Shown here one piece after another: positions 30,895 to 42,621 of a stretch of 64,000 nt of DNA. Both the position numbers and the translations under genes were made by a program. How positions within the stretch are numbered: the first letter of the stretch is position 1; each line of letters starts with the position of its first letter. The notes beneath the pieces were generated by a model that was given only the letters and a program-made list of their open reading frames with translations, was not told the DNA's origin and made no database searches. This stretch comes from Myxococcales bacterium (GTDB lineage: Bacteria > Myxococcota_A > Polyangia > Palsa-1104 > JAEUJZ01), in assembly GCA_016794505.1 (NCBI GenBank), contig JAEUJZ010000076.1, positions 64,001 to 128,000 of the forward strand. Reading direction: 5' to 3'.

Positions 30895-31639
30895 CTACTT
30901 GCCTGCAGCTGGACGAGGACGGGCCGCAGGCAAAGCCAACAACACCACGCCGCCTATCAGCGCCGCCGAGCCGAGGACCACCGCCGCGGCGCCGCCCGGC
31001 TCGGTCTTATAGATCCGCTCACACGGAGGATCGGGGGTTGCGCACTGGCCATGCATGGACCACGCGACGCCGCCGCCGATGAGCAGGCCCGCCCCCGCTG
31101 TGACCAGGCCTCCACCGAGGGCCCAGCGCCAAAGCGGTCGACTCGCCTGGGGGGGCGAGGGCAGCGGCACCGGACTTACGACGAGCGGCGCCGGAGCAGG
31201 CTCTGGTTCGTCGCTGGCCGCGCGCTGCCGTGCGTCTTTTAAGTATCCTTCCAGGGTTTGCCGACTGGCTTCGGACAGCGTCGCGTCGGTAGCTAGGCAT
31301 TTTTCTAAATAAGGAATCGCCGCAGATCCTGGCAGCAGCTTGTACTGGGCGCGAGCCAGATTGCACACGATCGATGGGTCGGGATCCAAGCGATACGCCG
31401 CGCTCAGCTGCTCGACGGCAGGGCCGTACTGCTGTTTTTTGTACAGCTCGATGCCGCGGCTGTTCAGGCGGGCCGCTTCTTCGCGAAGGTCTTGCGCACT
31501 GGGCTCGGCCGCGTGCAGGCCCCCCGACGAAAAGAGCGCCGCCAAAAGCACGGAACGCGCCGCAGCGAACGGGCGCAAGCAGACGCTGGCGCCGCGGCCT
31601 GGTCCCCGCGTGTTCCCGTCGGCTCGCGCGCTGGGCGCA

Positions 31640-31659
<20 letters not shown>
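30895..31659 (-). CDS. TPR-repeat protein with C-terminal TM anchor
   Basis: TPR-like helices 'GIELYKKQQYGPAVEQLSAAYRLDPDP...NLARAQYKL'. TTG 31578 is an alternative start that would remove the 20-nt overlap with the upstream STK. Confidence 0.55.
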
Positions 31660-33532
<1,873 letters not shown>

Positions 33533-33582
33533 GCTGAGCGGCGCGCCGTTTCACGGATTGGCTGGTCCGGTCCGGTCCGGTC

Positions 33583-35286
33583 CTATACGCCCTGCAGACG
33601 ATCTCCCGAGCGAGCGGCGGCGCCTTGCGGATCGGTGGGGGCCAGCTCGTCGGCCGAGCGGGCCAGCTCAGCCAGCTCGTCGACCAAGGCCCGACTGCGC
33701 GCACTCGCCGAGACCAAGGGAGCCCGCCAGCGTCCGTGCTCGGGCGTCTTTTCCAGCGCCGTCAGTACCTCGGCCGCCGTCGCGAAGCGTCGATCGCGCT
33801 CTTTTTGCAAGCAGCGCTCGATGATGTCCACCAGCGCAGGCGATGGCGTCGGCAAGCGCGGATCGCGTCGGCTGCTCAGCGGCGGTGGCGGGTCGTGAAT
33901 CTGGCGATAGACATCCAGGTAAGCATCGCCCGAGGAAAACGGCGGCTCGCCGCACAGCATGAAATACGCGACTGTACCGAGAGCATATACATCGGCACGG
34001 CAATCTACGGACTGACCGCAGAGCGCTTCCGGTGCCATGTAGCGCGGCGTGCCCATGAACGCATCCGGCCGCGTCAGGTCCGGCCCCAGGTCGACGCCTT
34101 TGACCAGGCCAAAGTCCAGGACCTTCACGAAGTCGCCGGCTCCGCCCATGGTGGTGACGAACAGGTTTCCCGGCTTTACGTCGCGGTGGATCATGTCCAG
34201 CGAGTGCGCCTCAGCCAGCGAGCCGGCGATCTGTTCCAGCAGGTACACGGCGCGGTCGGGCGGCAGCAGGCCCTCTTTGCGGACGAGCTGGGCCAGGTCG
34301 CAGCCGTCGAGAAATTCCATCACGTAGTACGGCTGGCCGGCGGCGGTGCGGCCAAAGTCAAAGACAGCGATGGTGTTGGGGTGACGCAGGCGGCTGGCCG
34401 CTTCGGCTTCGCGTTCAAAGCGGGCGACGCTTACCGCGTCGGCGATGCCTTCCTTGAGGATCTTGACCGCGCAGGGTCGACGCAGCGACGCGTGGTAGGC
34501 CAAGTGGACTTCCCCCATGCCGCCTTGGCCCAAGCGACGAATCAGGCGATAGCGTCCCATCAAGCGCGCCGTCGCCAGGCCCAAGGTCAAGCGGTCGGCG
34601 GCGATGGCGCCAAGCAGCCCTGGCACCATCGCTCCGACGATGACGAGCAGCGTCAGCACGCCGTGAACACCAAAGAAGCCGGGACGCGGAAACGGCGACG
34701 GCCACAGGCAGGCCAGCGTCATAAACACGACCAGCATGAAGCCCGACACAGGGGCCACGCGCAGAAATGCCCCTGGCAAAAGGACGAAGCGAGCCAGCAT
34801 CAAGATGATCAGGCTGCCGTAGTGCGGGCTGGCCAGGCGCCCGGTGTGCGCGCACAAGACGCCGACGCCGACGGCCCCCAGCGCCGTCCACAGCACGTCG
34901 CGGACAATCTGCAGGCGCGCGTCCAGCTCGGCAATGTACGAGGTCGCAAGCAGCATCATGTACCCGGCGACCCACAGCGTGCGCAGGCCAAAGAACTGTC
35001 GCGGCCCGAACGTCACCGCCGCTGACCAGGGGTAATACACATCGATGACGAAGAACACGCAGGTCAGAAGCACGCCGAACACGCAGAGCTGACGGAAGCG
35101 CTGCGGAAACAGCGCCTGCGTGGTGCCCGGTGGCTCAAAGGCCGCCTCGGCGGCGCGGCGTCCTGGCTTTTCCGCTGCGCCGGCCCGTGCCACCTGCGCC
35201 GAGCGCTTGCCCTCGGGCTTGCGCGCCATGGCCCGGAGCGCTTCCTTTGACTCCCTTTCGGCCTGAGGCGGTCGCTCGCGGTCCAC
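33583..35286 (-). CDS. Ser/Thr protein kinase with N-terminal polytopic membrane domain
   Basis: About 6 TM helices, then 'LGQGGMGEVHLA...AVKIL...HRDVKPGNLFV...DFGLVKG...GTPRYMAPE'. Confidence 0.85.
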   Translation of the reverse strand: MDRERPPQAERESKEALRAMARKPEGKRSAQVARAGAAEKPGRRAAEAAFEPPGTTQALFPQRFRQLCVFGVLLTCVFFVIDVYYPWSAAVTFGPRQFFGLRTLWVAGYMMLLATSYIAELDARLQIVRDVLWTALGAVGVGVLCAHTGRLASPHYGSLIILMLARFVLLPGAFLRVAPVSGFMLVVFMTLACLWPSPFPRPGFFGVHGVLTLLVIVGAMVPGLLGAIAADRLTLGLATARLMGRYRLIRRLGQGGMGEVHLAYHASLRRPCAVKILKEGIADAVSVARFEREAEAASRLRHPNTIAVFDFGRTAAGQPYYVMEFLDGCDLAQLVRKEGLLPPDRAVYLLEQIAGSLAEAHSLDMIHRDVKPGNLFVTTMGGAGDFVKVLDFGLVKGVDLGPDLTRPDAFMGTPRYMAPEALCGQSVDCRADVYALGTVAYFMLCGEPPFSSGDAYLDVYRQIHDPPPPLSSRRDPRLPTPSPALVDIIERCLQKERDRRFATAAEVLTALEKTPEHGRWRAPLVSASARSRALVDELAELARSADELAPTDPQGAAARSGDRLQGV

Positions 35287-35377
35287 GACTCTTCAGACTG
35301 CACAGATGCGCCGACCAGAGCAAGAGCCTCGCCGCGCTGCGCCGCCATCCCGCGGTGTTTCGCTCCGGTCCCGGTTT

Positions 35378-36658
35378 TCATCCCGTGACGGCGCGCGTGA
35401 CCACCTCGACGATCGAGCGCTTGATCTCGGCGATGATCTGTCGCGATGGGACGACCGCGAAGCCAAGCTCGACCTGCTGCGGCTCGACCACATCGGTCCA
35501 CGCGAACAGCGGCAGTCGCAGCGCTCGTGCGGTTCCCGGCACCAGCGGCAGCGGGGCACTGCGTACGGGATCCCAGGCCGGCCCGCCGGCATAGACATCG
35601 TCGTTCGACAGCCACGCAGCCTCTAGATCCGGCTGCGGCGCGATCAGCGACCATGCCTCGCGCTTCGACTCGGTCAGCGTTCGCAGACCGTCGAGCAGGC
35701 CATCGTGCAGCGCATCCAAGCGGTTGCGCGCGACGTCGTGCCAACGGCGCGTGCGGCCATCGACAAGCTCGGTGCTATACGCCGCCGTCGCGCGCAGCGC
35801 AAAGCGGAAGAGCGCACCGCGTCCGTCGAGCACATCCACGCCACGGCAGCGTGGCGGCTCGTAATAGTGGTCGACGTTCGCACGCTCGCCGTGCAGCGTC
35901 TGCCGATAGGCCCGCGCCGCCGGATCGACCAGGCCCATCGCGCGCGACGCGTTCATCGCTTCGCCCAGCGCCTGCATCGAGGGCTCAAAGCCCAGGGTCC
36001 GCACGAGCAGCGCATCGTCGCTTTGCACGTACAGCGCGTGATCGAAGCGCGCCCGGTCGGGCAGGTGGCCGTCATGGATGTGCAGCGTCGGGAAGAACAG
36101 CGCCTTGGGCCGTCGCGTCGGAAACGTAAACGCCATCGGGTGAATCGTCTGTCGTTTGATGCGCCCGAACCAGCCGCGCGCCGCCTTCAGCTGGAACACC
36201 GCAAAGCCAAAGTCGCCGTACTCGGGCCGTCGCAAAAAGATGTCTGGGGACAGCCGGAAGCGCTCGTCGAGGCGCTCGAAGTCACCAGGCCGCGGGACGA
36301 ACGACGCGACAAACGCGCCGACGTCGTGGACCACAAGCTTCTCGCGCCGGGACGCCGCGGCGGCCAGCAGGCCATGGCTCTTGGCATACAGGAGCTGCTC
36401 AGGAAATGCCCGATGCAGGTCGACAAAGAACCTCGGATATCCACGCAGGTTGACGAAGCGCACCGCGTCCTCGGCCGATCCGGGAACCACCGGAATCGGC
36501 AGCACCATGGCCAGATCCTCGTCCATGGCCACGTTCATGCTGTACACGATCGCCTGCCGTCCCGGCTCGACGTGGCGCGCGAAGAGATGCGTCGCAGAGA
36601 CGTGCTTGATCGGCCGTGAAAAGCAGCACATATCGGCTCGATCGTACCGCGGTCGCAT
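35378..36658 (-). CDS. conserved hypothetical protein; start uncertain
   Basis: The long ORF to 37387 runs antisense into the NACHT gene. The coding-like part begins near 36658/36538. Divergent from the TIR-NACHT gene. Confidence 0.4.
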   Translation of the reverse strand: MRPRYDRADMCCFSRPIKHVSATHLFARHVEPGRQAIVYSMNVAMDEDLAMVLPIPVVPGSAEDAVRFVNLRGYPRFFVDLHRAFPEQLLYAKSHGLLAAAASRREKLVVHDVGAFVASFVPRPGDFERLDERFRLSPDIFLRRPEYGDFGFAVFQLKAARGWFGRIKRQTIHPMAFTFPTRRPKALFFPTLHIHDGHLPDRARFDHALYVQSDDALLVRTLGFEPSMQALGEAMNASRAMGLVDPAARAYRQTLHGERANVDHYYEPPRCRGVDVLDGRGALFRFALRATAAYSTELVDGRTRRWHDVARNRLDALHDGLLDGLRTLTESKREAWSLIAPQPDLEAAWLSNDDVYAGGPAWDPVRSAPLPLVPGTARALRLPLFAWTDVVEPQQVELGFAVVPSRQIIAEIKRSIVEVVTRAVTG

Positions 36659-36751
36659 CCGCCGCGACGGAAAACGATTCGCGCAGCCAGCGCCTGCCTG
36701 GCCGCGCGCTCGCCGGGCCGTCGCTCGCCGCCCCCGTGATAGCTTCGCCGC

Positions 36752-39700
36752 ATGGTGCCTGTGCCTTCGATCGTCACACTGTACGCCGCAGAAGATCGCG
36801 ATCGGTTCGCGGTCTATGATCGGCACCTGTCGTCGCTGAAGCTGGGCCGTGCGCTGCGCCATACCCACTCGGGGGATCTGCTGCCCGGCGAGCCGCTCGC
36901 GCGCCTGGATCAGCTGCTGCGCGACGCTGGCCCGGTGGTCTGTCTGCTCAGCGCCGACTTCCTTTCGAACCCGGATCTGATGGCGCAGGCCAAGGCCGCC
37001 GCCGACCGGCGAGGGCTGAGCAAGCGGCTGATTCCCGTGCGCCTGCGACCGGTCGATCTGTCCGACACCGTGTTCGCCGACCGGCAGGCCCTGCCGCGCG
37101 ATGGCACGCCGCTTTTCGACGGAGACCACATCCGCGAGGAGGCCCTGACGCAGGTGGTCGCCGGCCTGCGCGATCTGATGGAGGTGCTGCGCCGATCGCG
37201 CGGGATGGATCTCGATGGCGAGTACCGCTACCGCGAGACGCTGATCGATCGCGTCTACCGCGAGACGCTGCTCGATCGCGTCGAGGAAGCCTGTCGCAGG
37301 CGGGCCGAGCGCGACCACAAAGACGTGCGCCTGCGCCGCGTCCAGGCCCCGCCGCCCTTCGGCGAGCTGATCGAAGTCCGCTACCAAGACTCGTTCTGGT
37401 CGCGGCGCTATCTGGTCGCCGCGCTGTCGTCCACACCGACGGGCGATGACATCCAGACCCTTGGTGCTGAGCTGCGCAGCCGCTACCAGCAGCTAGACGC
37501 CATGGCCTATGCCGAGCTGATCTTTGTCGGGGCGCCGCTGTCCGAGGCGCTGCTGCAGCAGGCGCGCACCCTCACCATCGAAGCGCAGCACCTGGAGGAC
37601 TACCAAGGCCTTATCCACTTTGGTCGGTACATCCACGATCAGCAGCGCGCCCTGCAAAACGACGAGCGCTATCCGCCGGCCCTGTATGTCCCGCAGCGCA
37701 TGGTGTACAGCCGCGGCCTGGGCGGACGCGAAGAGACCGCCGAGCGCGACGCCCTGGACGAGATGTTTGCCTGGGTGCTGCAGCGCGACATGCAGCGCTT
37801 CATCTTGGTGCTCGGTGAGTTCGGCGTCGGCAAGACCTTCCTTTTGCATGAGCTGGCCCGGCGCCTTGGGGAACATCCCGGTGCGCCGACGCCGGTCCTG
37901 CTAGAAATGCGTAGCCTGGAAAAGGCCCGCAGCCTCGACGAGCTCATCGCGCAGCACCTGGCCAGCCGCGGCATCGAGCGCATCGACCTGTCTGGCTTTC
38001 GCTACATGCTGGCCGAGGGGCGCATCGCGCTGCTCTTCGACGGCTTCGACGAGCTAGCCCTGCGCGTCAGCTACGACCGCGCCGCCGAGCACCTGGACAC
38101 CATCACGCAAGCGGCGCAGGGACGGGCCAAGGTCGTCTTGACCAGCCGCACGCAGCACTTTCGCTCGGACGATCAGGTCAAGAACGCGCTCGCCCGACGG
38201 CTGGAAGCGCTGCCCGGCCACCGCGCGGTGCGGCTGTTGCCGTTCGACGACGGCCAGATTCGATCGTTTTTGGGCAATCGGCTCAAAGACCCGGCCCAGG
38301 CCGAGGCGCGATACACCCTGCTGCGCGACGTCAAAGACCTGCTGGGTCTGTCGGAAAACCCGCGCATGCTGAGCTTCATCGCCCAGCTTCCCGAGGCACG
38401 GCTGCGCCAGGCCCAGACCCGCGGCGAGATCACCGCCGCCAAGCTGTACGAAGAGCTTCTGACCTGGTGGATCGAAGAAGAGTGGAAGCGCGCCCATCCC
38501 AAGGGGCAAGAGCCGGGCCTGTCGACCGAGCAGCGCTGGGCCGCCGTTGAAAAGCTGGCGCAGCGACTGTGGCAGCAGACCGAGTCCTGGGTCACCGAAG
38601 CGCAGCTTGGCGACGTGGTCAGCGCGACGCTGCTGCAGCTAAAAGACGTCGGCGTGGCCGTCCATCAGGTCGGCGCCGGAACGCTGCTGTGTCGCGATGG
38701 CGAGGGGCGCTTTTCGTTCATTCACCAGTCGGTGATGGAGTGGCTGGTGGCCAAAGAAGCGGCGCGGCGGGTGGCAGCCGGCGGCTCGGCACTGTATGCG
38801 GCGCGCGAGATCTCGCCGCTGATGGCCGACTTTTTCACCGACCTGCTCGGGCACAAGGCCGCGTGTGCCTGGGCCCGCGATGTGGGCAAGAACCGCGAGG
38901 CCCGCGACATCGAAAAGAGCAACGCGCTGCTCATTCGCAGGCGCCTGGGGGACTCGCTTTCCGGCCAGGATCTGGCGGGCCAGGATCTGCGCGAGCACGC
39001 CCTGTGCGATGCCGATCTAGAGGGCGCCAACCTGCGCAAGGCCGACCTGCGCGACGTCGATCTGCGACGGGCACGCCTGGTCCGCGCCGACCTGCGCGAT
39101 GCCGACCTGCGCGGCGCGATCCTGCTTGGCGCCGATCTGCGCGGCGCCCAGCTAGAAGGCGCCCGCATGGCGCGGGCTGCCCTGGTCGGCGCGCACATGG
39201 ACGCTCCCGAGACCCTCGACCCAGCCGCCCTGTGGGGCGCCGCCCCGCCCCACCTGAGCGAAACCACCCCCCTGCAAATCATGGCCCACGGCACCTCGGG
39301 GCTGTCGTTGTCCGGCGGCGACCTGGCCTTCAGCCCCGACGGTGCGCTGCTGGCCGTGCCATGCGATGACGGCACGGTGCGGCTGTGCAACGTTGCCAGT
39401 GGCCGTGCGTGCCGCGTGCTGTCCGGGCACCACCGCTACGTTCAGGGCGTGAGCTTCAGCCCCGACGGACGCGTGCTGGCATCGGCGTCTCACGACGGCA
39501 CGGTTCGGCTGTGGGATGTCGCCAGCGGTCGTGAGCGCCGCGTGCTATCCGGGCACCAGGGCCGTGTGCTAAGCGTGGACTTCAGCCCCGACGGCCAGAC
39601 GCTGGCCTCGGGGGCACAAGATGGCACGATCCGGCTGTGGGACGCTGCCAGCGGTCGCGAGCAGCGCGTGCTGTCGGGGCACAAGGGCGCTGTGCTAAGC

Positions 39701-41455
39701 GTGGACTTCAGCCCCGATGGGCAGACGCTGGCCTCGGCGTCCTGGGACTACAGCGTGCGGCTGTGGGATGTTGCCGGGGGCTGCGAGCGGCACGCGCTGG
39801 CTGGGTACGACGACGAGGTGAATAGCCTGTGCTTCAGCTGGGATGGGCAGGTGCTGGCTTCGGCATCCGGCGATGGCACCGTACGTCTGTGGGAGGTCGC
39901 CAGCGGCCGCGAGATCCAGGCGGCATTGGGAAAATTAGGCGACGTACGTAGCGTGAGCTTCAGCCCGGATGGGCAGACGCTGGCCTCGGCCTCCGACGAT
40001 GGCACCGTACGCCTGTGGGATGTCGAAAGCGGCCGCGAGCGGCGCGTGCTGTCTGATCGCCCACGCAGCATATGGAGCGTGCGCTTCAGCCCGGATGGGC
40101 AGGTGCTGGCCGCATTATCCATCGACAATACGGTGAGTCTGTGGGACGTGGCCAGCGGCCACGAACGGCACACGCTGTTAGGAAGCCAAAGCCGTGTGTT
40201 GAGCGTGTGCTTTAGCCCGGATGGTCAAGCGCTGGCCTTGGGGTCTAGAGACAACACAGTGAGTCTGTGGGACGTGGCCAGCGGCCGCGAGACGCTCGTG
40301 CTAACGGAACACCCACACTCGGTGTCGTGCGTGAGCTTCAGCCCGGATGGGCAGACGCTGGCCTCGGGCTCCTGGGACCACATCGTGCGGCTATGGGACC
40401 GCGCCAGTGGCAGCCAGACACAGGTGCTGTCAGGACACCGAGCCAACGTGTTGAGCGTGCGCTTCAGCCCCGATGGGCAGACGCTGGCGTCAGGGTCCGG
40501 GGACCACACCGTGCGGCTGTGGGACATCGCCAGTGGCCGTGAGCGGGGCGTGTTGAAAGAGCATCAAGGCGACGTGAATAGCGTGAGCTTCAGACCGGAT
40601 GGGCAGGTGCTCGCCTCGGCGTCTGACGACGGCACGGCGCGGCTGTGGAACGTGGCCAGCGGTCGCGTGCGGCACGTGCTGTCGGGATCCTCTGGCCCCG
40701 TGTACAGCGTGAGCTTCAGCCCCGATGGGCAGACGCTGGCCTCGGGCTCCTCTGACGGCGCGGTGCGTCTGTGGGACGTGGACCGTGGCGATGGGGGGTG
40801 GCGCGTGCTGGTGCTGTCCGGGCACCAAGGCGCCGTGCGCTGCGTGAGCTTCAGCCCGGATGGCAAAGCGCTGGCCTCGGCGTCCGAGGACCACACCGTG
40901 CGGTTATGGGACATGGCCAGCGGTCGCGAGCGCCTCGTCCTGTCGGGGCACCAACGCGCCGTCACAAGCGTGAGCTTCCGCCCGGATGGACGGGTGCTGG
41001 CCTCGGGATCTGACGACAACACCGTGCGGCTGTGGGACGTCGAAAGCGGCCGGTGTCTGGGCATCCTGGTGCCCTGCGCCGAGGGCTGGGCCGCCCTGAC
41101 CCCAGACGGCCGCTATCGCATGGGCGGGACCATCGCGGGCGAGGTCTGGTACGCAGTCAACCTATGCCGCTTCGAACTCGGCGAGCTAGATCCGTATGTG
41201 GACCCCGACCTGCCCGCGCCGCTGCGCTTGCCCGACTCGTTCCGCTTCGTGGAACCGACCCCCACCACCCCGCCTGCCATCGAGCCGGCCGTTCCCGACG
41301 CCCCCGGCCGCGACACCACGCTGCCCCCCGCCACGGTCGCGCGCTTTTCTCGCTGGGTCGCTACCCCACTCGGCATCGCGCTTCTCTCATTGATCGCGGG
41401 GCTGCTCTACGTGTTGGCTCGGCTGCTCTACGTGTTGCTCGGGATGATCTTCTGA
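36752..41455 (+). CDS. STAND NTPase: N-terminal TIR-like domain, NACHT/AAA module, pentapeptide repeats, about 14 WD40 repeats and a C-terminal TM helix
   Basis: TIR-like segment: 'IVTLYAAEDRDRFAVYDRHLSSL...GDLLPGEPLARLDQLLRDAGPVVCLLSADFLSNPD'. Walker A 'GEFGVGKTF'; Walker B 'ALLFDGFDE'. Pentapeptide repeats 'ADLRDVDLRRARLVRADLRDADLRGAIL'. Repeated 'GH...V.SV.FSPDGQ.LAS.S.D.TVRLWD' units. Confidence 0.85.
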   Translation: MVPVPSIVTLYAAEDRDRFAVYDRHLSSLKLGRALRHTHSGDLLPGEPLARLDQLLRDAGPVVCLLSADFLSNPDLMAQAKAAADRRGLSKRLIPVRLRPVDLSDTVFADRQALPRDGTPLFDGDHIREEALTQVVAGLRDLMEVLRRSRGMDLDGEYRYRETLIDRVYRETLLDRVEEACRRRAERDHKDVRLRRVQAPPPFGELIEVRYQDSFWSRRYLVAALSSTPTGDDIQTLGAELRSRYQQLDAMAYAELIFVGAPLSEALLQQARTLTIEAQHLEDYQGLIHFGRYIHDQQRALQNDERYPPALYVPQRMVYSRGLGGREETAERDALDEMFAWVLQRDMQRFILVLGEFGVGKTFLLHELARRLGEHPGAPTPVLLEMRSLEKARSLDELIAQHLASRGIERIDLSGFRYMLAEGRIALLFDGFDELALRVSYDRAAEHLDTITQAAQGRAKVVLTSRTQHFRSDDQVKNALARRLEALPGHRAVRLLPFDDGQIRSFLGNRLKDPAQAEARYTLLRDVKDLLGLSENPRMLSFIAQLPEARLRQAQTRGEITAAKLYEELLTWWIEEEWKRAHPKGQEPGLSTEQRWAAVEKLAQRLWQQTESWVTEAQLGDVVSATLLQLKDVGVAVHQVGAGTLLCRDGEGRFSFIHQSVMEWLVAKEAARRVAAGGSALYAAREISPLMADFFTDLLGHKAACAWARDVGKNREARDIEKSNALLIRRRLGDSLSGQDLAGQDLREHALCDADLEGANLRKADLRDVDLRRARLVRADLRDADLRGAILLGADLRGAQLEGARMARAALVGAHMDAPETLDPAALWGAAPPHLSETTPLQIMAHGTSGLSLSGGDLAFSPDGALLAVPCDDGTVRLCNVASGRACRVLSGHHRYVQGVSFSPDGRVLASASHDGTVRLWDVASGRERRVLSGHQGRVLSVDFSPDGQTLASGAQDGTIRLWDAASGREQRVLSGHKGAVLSVDFSPDGQTLASASWDYSVRLWDVAGGCERHALAGYDDEVNSLCFSWDGQVLASASGDGTVRLWEVASGREIQAALGKLGDVRSVSFSPDGQTLASASDDGTVRLWDVESGRERRVLSDRPRSIWSVRFSPDGQVLAALSIDNTVSLWDVASGHERHTLLGSQSRVLSVCFSPDGQALALGSRDNTVSLWDVASGRETLVLTEHPHSVSCVSFSPDGQTLASGSWDHIVRLWDRASGSQTQVLSGHRANVLSVRFSPDGQTLASGSGDHTVRLWDIASGRERGVLKEHQGDVNSVSFRPDGQVLASASDDGTARLWNVASGRVRHVLSGSSGPVYSVSFSPDGQTLASGSSDGAVRLWDVDRGDGGWRVLVLSGHQGAVRCVSFSPDGKALASASEDHTVRLWDMASGRERLVLSGHQRAVTSVSFRPDGRVLASGSDDNTVRLWDVESGRCLGILVPCAEGWAALTPDGRYRMGGTIAGEVWYAVNLCRFELGELDPYVDPDLPAPLRLPDSFRFVEPTPTTPPAIEPAVPDAPGRDTTLPPATVARFSRWVATPLGIALLSLIAGLLYVLARLLYVLLGMIF

Positions 41456-42543
41456 TGCGGTATGGTGTCGTGATGGATCCCTCGCCCGTGCGCATCGTGG
41501 CCATCTGCGGCAGCTTGCAGGCGCGCTCGTCGAACCGCGCCTTGATCGAAGCGGCCGTGCGGGGGGCGCCAGACGGGGTCGTGGTCACGCCGTACGTGGG
41601 GCTTGCCGAGCTACCACACTTCAGCCCGGACCTGGACAGCGAGACGCCGCCGGCCGGCGTCGTCGCGCTGCGGCGACAGGTGGCCGCGCACGATGCCGTG
41701 TTCATCACCTGCCCGGAATATGGGCACAGCCTGCCCGGAGCCCTAAAGAACGCCATCGACTGGCTGATTCCGTCGGGAGAGCTGGAACAGAAGATCGTCG
41801 CCATCACCGCGGCGACCTCGGCCCCCGGTCGCGGGCGGCTGGGGCTGCGGGCGCTGCGCGACACGCTGTATGCCGTGCGCGCCGACATCGTGTGGGGCGA
41901 GCCGATCCTGCGCAGCGACCCGCACGAGGCGCAGGTCGCCGCGCTGCTGCAGGCGCTTTCAAAGCGCGTCCAGGCACAGCGCGACCCATCGTCTGTGCTG
42001 GCGTCGCGGCTGGCGTCGCAGTCGGCGTCACGGCCAGCGGCAGTCGATGTGCAGATTGGGCTGGCCTCGGCCGAGGATGCGGCGACCTACAGCGCGTTTC
42101 TGTTGCGCGGCATCGCCGACCACCCCGATGCGCTGCGCATCGCAGAAGCCGACGTGCGAACGGCGCCGTTTGCGACGGCAGCCACGGCCGATGCGGCGAC
42201 ATTCGTGGCGCGCGATGCGTCCGGCGCGTGGTGTGGCGTGGTCAGCGTCGAACGCGAGCGCGGGCGAGCCAAGCGCCAGCACATCGCCTGGATCGTCCGC
42301 ATGTACGTCGCAGCCCAGCACGCGGGGAACGGCATCGGGCGCCGCTTGCTGCAGGCTGCGATCGCCCATGCGCGCACGCTGCCCGGCGTCGAAAAAGTAA
42401 ACCTGACCGTCGCTGCGCACAACACCTCGGCGATTCAACTGTACGCATCGGAAGGCTTCCGCGAGTTCGCCCGCGAAACCGATGCCTTTCGCTCGCCGAC
42501 GCCACAGACCGAGCTTTCCCTGTCGCGTTTGCTGTCCTGGTGA
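41455..42543 (+). CDS. NADPH-dependent FMN reductase-like (flavodoxin-fold) domain fused to a GNAT N-acetyltransferase domain
   Basis: TGATG overlap with the NACHT gene. 'RIVAICGSLQARSSNRALIEAA...FITCPEYGHSLPGALKNAIDW'. The GNAT domain reads 'IAWIVRMYVAAQHAGNGIGRRLLQAAIAHA...VNLTVAAHNTSAIQLYASEGF'. Confidence 0.75.
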   Translation: MRYGVVMDPSPVRIVAICGSLQARSSNRALIEAAVRGAPDGVVVTPYVGLAELPHFSPDLDSETPPAGVVALRRQVAAHDAVFITCPEYGHSLPGALKNAIDWLIPSGELEQKIVAITAATSAPGRGRLGLRALRDTLYAVRADIVWGEPILRSDPHEAQVAALLQALSKRVQAQRDPSSVLASRLASQSASRPAAVDVQIGLASAEDAATYSAFLLRGIADHPDALRIAEADVRTAPFATAATADAATFVARDASGAWCGVVSVERERGRAKRQHIAWIVRMYVAAQHAGNGIGRRLLQAAIAHARTLPGVEKVNLTVAAHNTSAIQLYASEGFREFARETDAFRSPTPQTELSLSRLLSW

Positions 42544-42621
42544 GCCCGCCGCACCGCCACGCGGGATCGTCGCAAGCGCCCGCCCCTGCCGCGCGCCAAG
42601 CGCTGTCTTGGGAGCACGTCC

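Noticed and set aside
36659-37387. Upstream 240 codons of the minus-strand ORF 35378-37387
   Set aside because: It runs antisense through the start of the TIR-NACHT gene and has non-coding-like composition. The real start was placed at or after 36658.
39300-41050. DNA-level ~126-bp near-repeats that might be mistaken for a repeat element, and many overlapping ORFs (e.g. 39748-40173 -, 40564-41064 -)
   Set aside because: They are WD40 blade-encoding repeats inside one long coding frame. The overlapping ORFs are frame artefacts.
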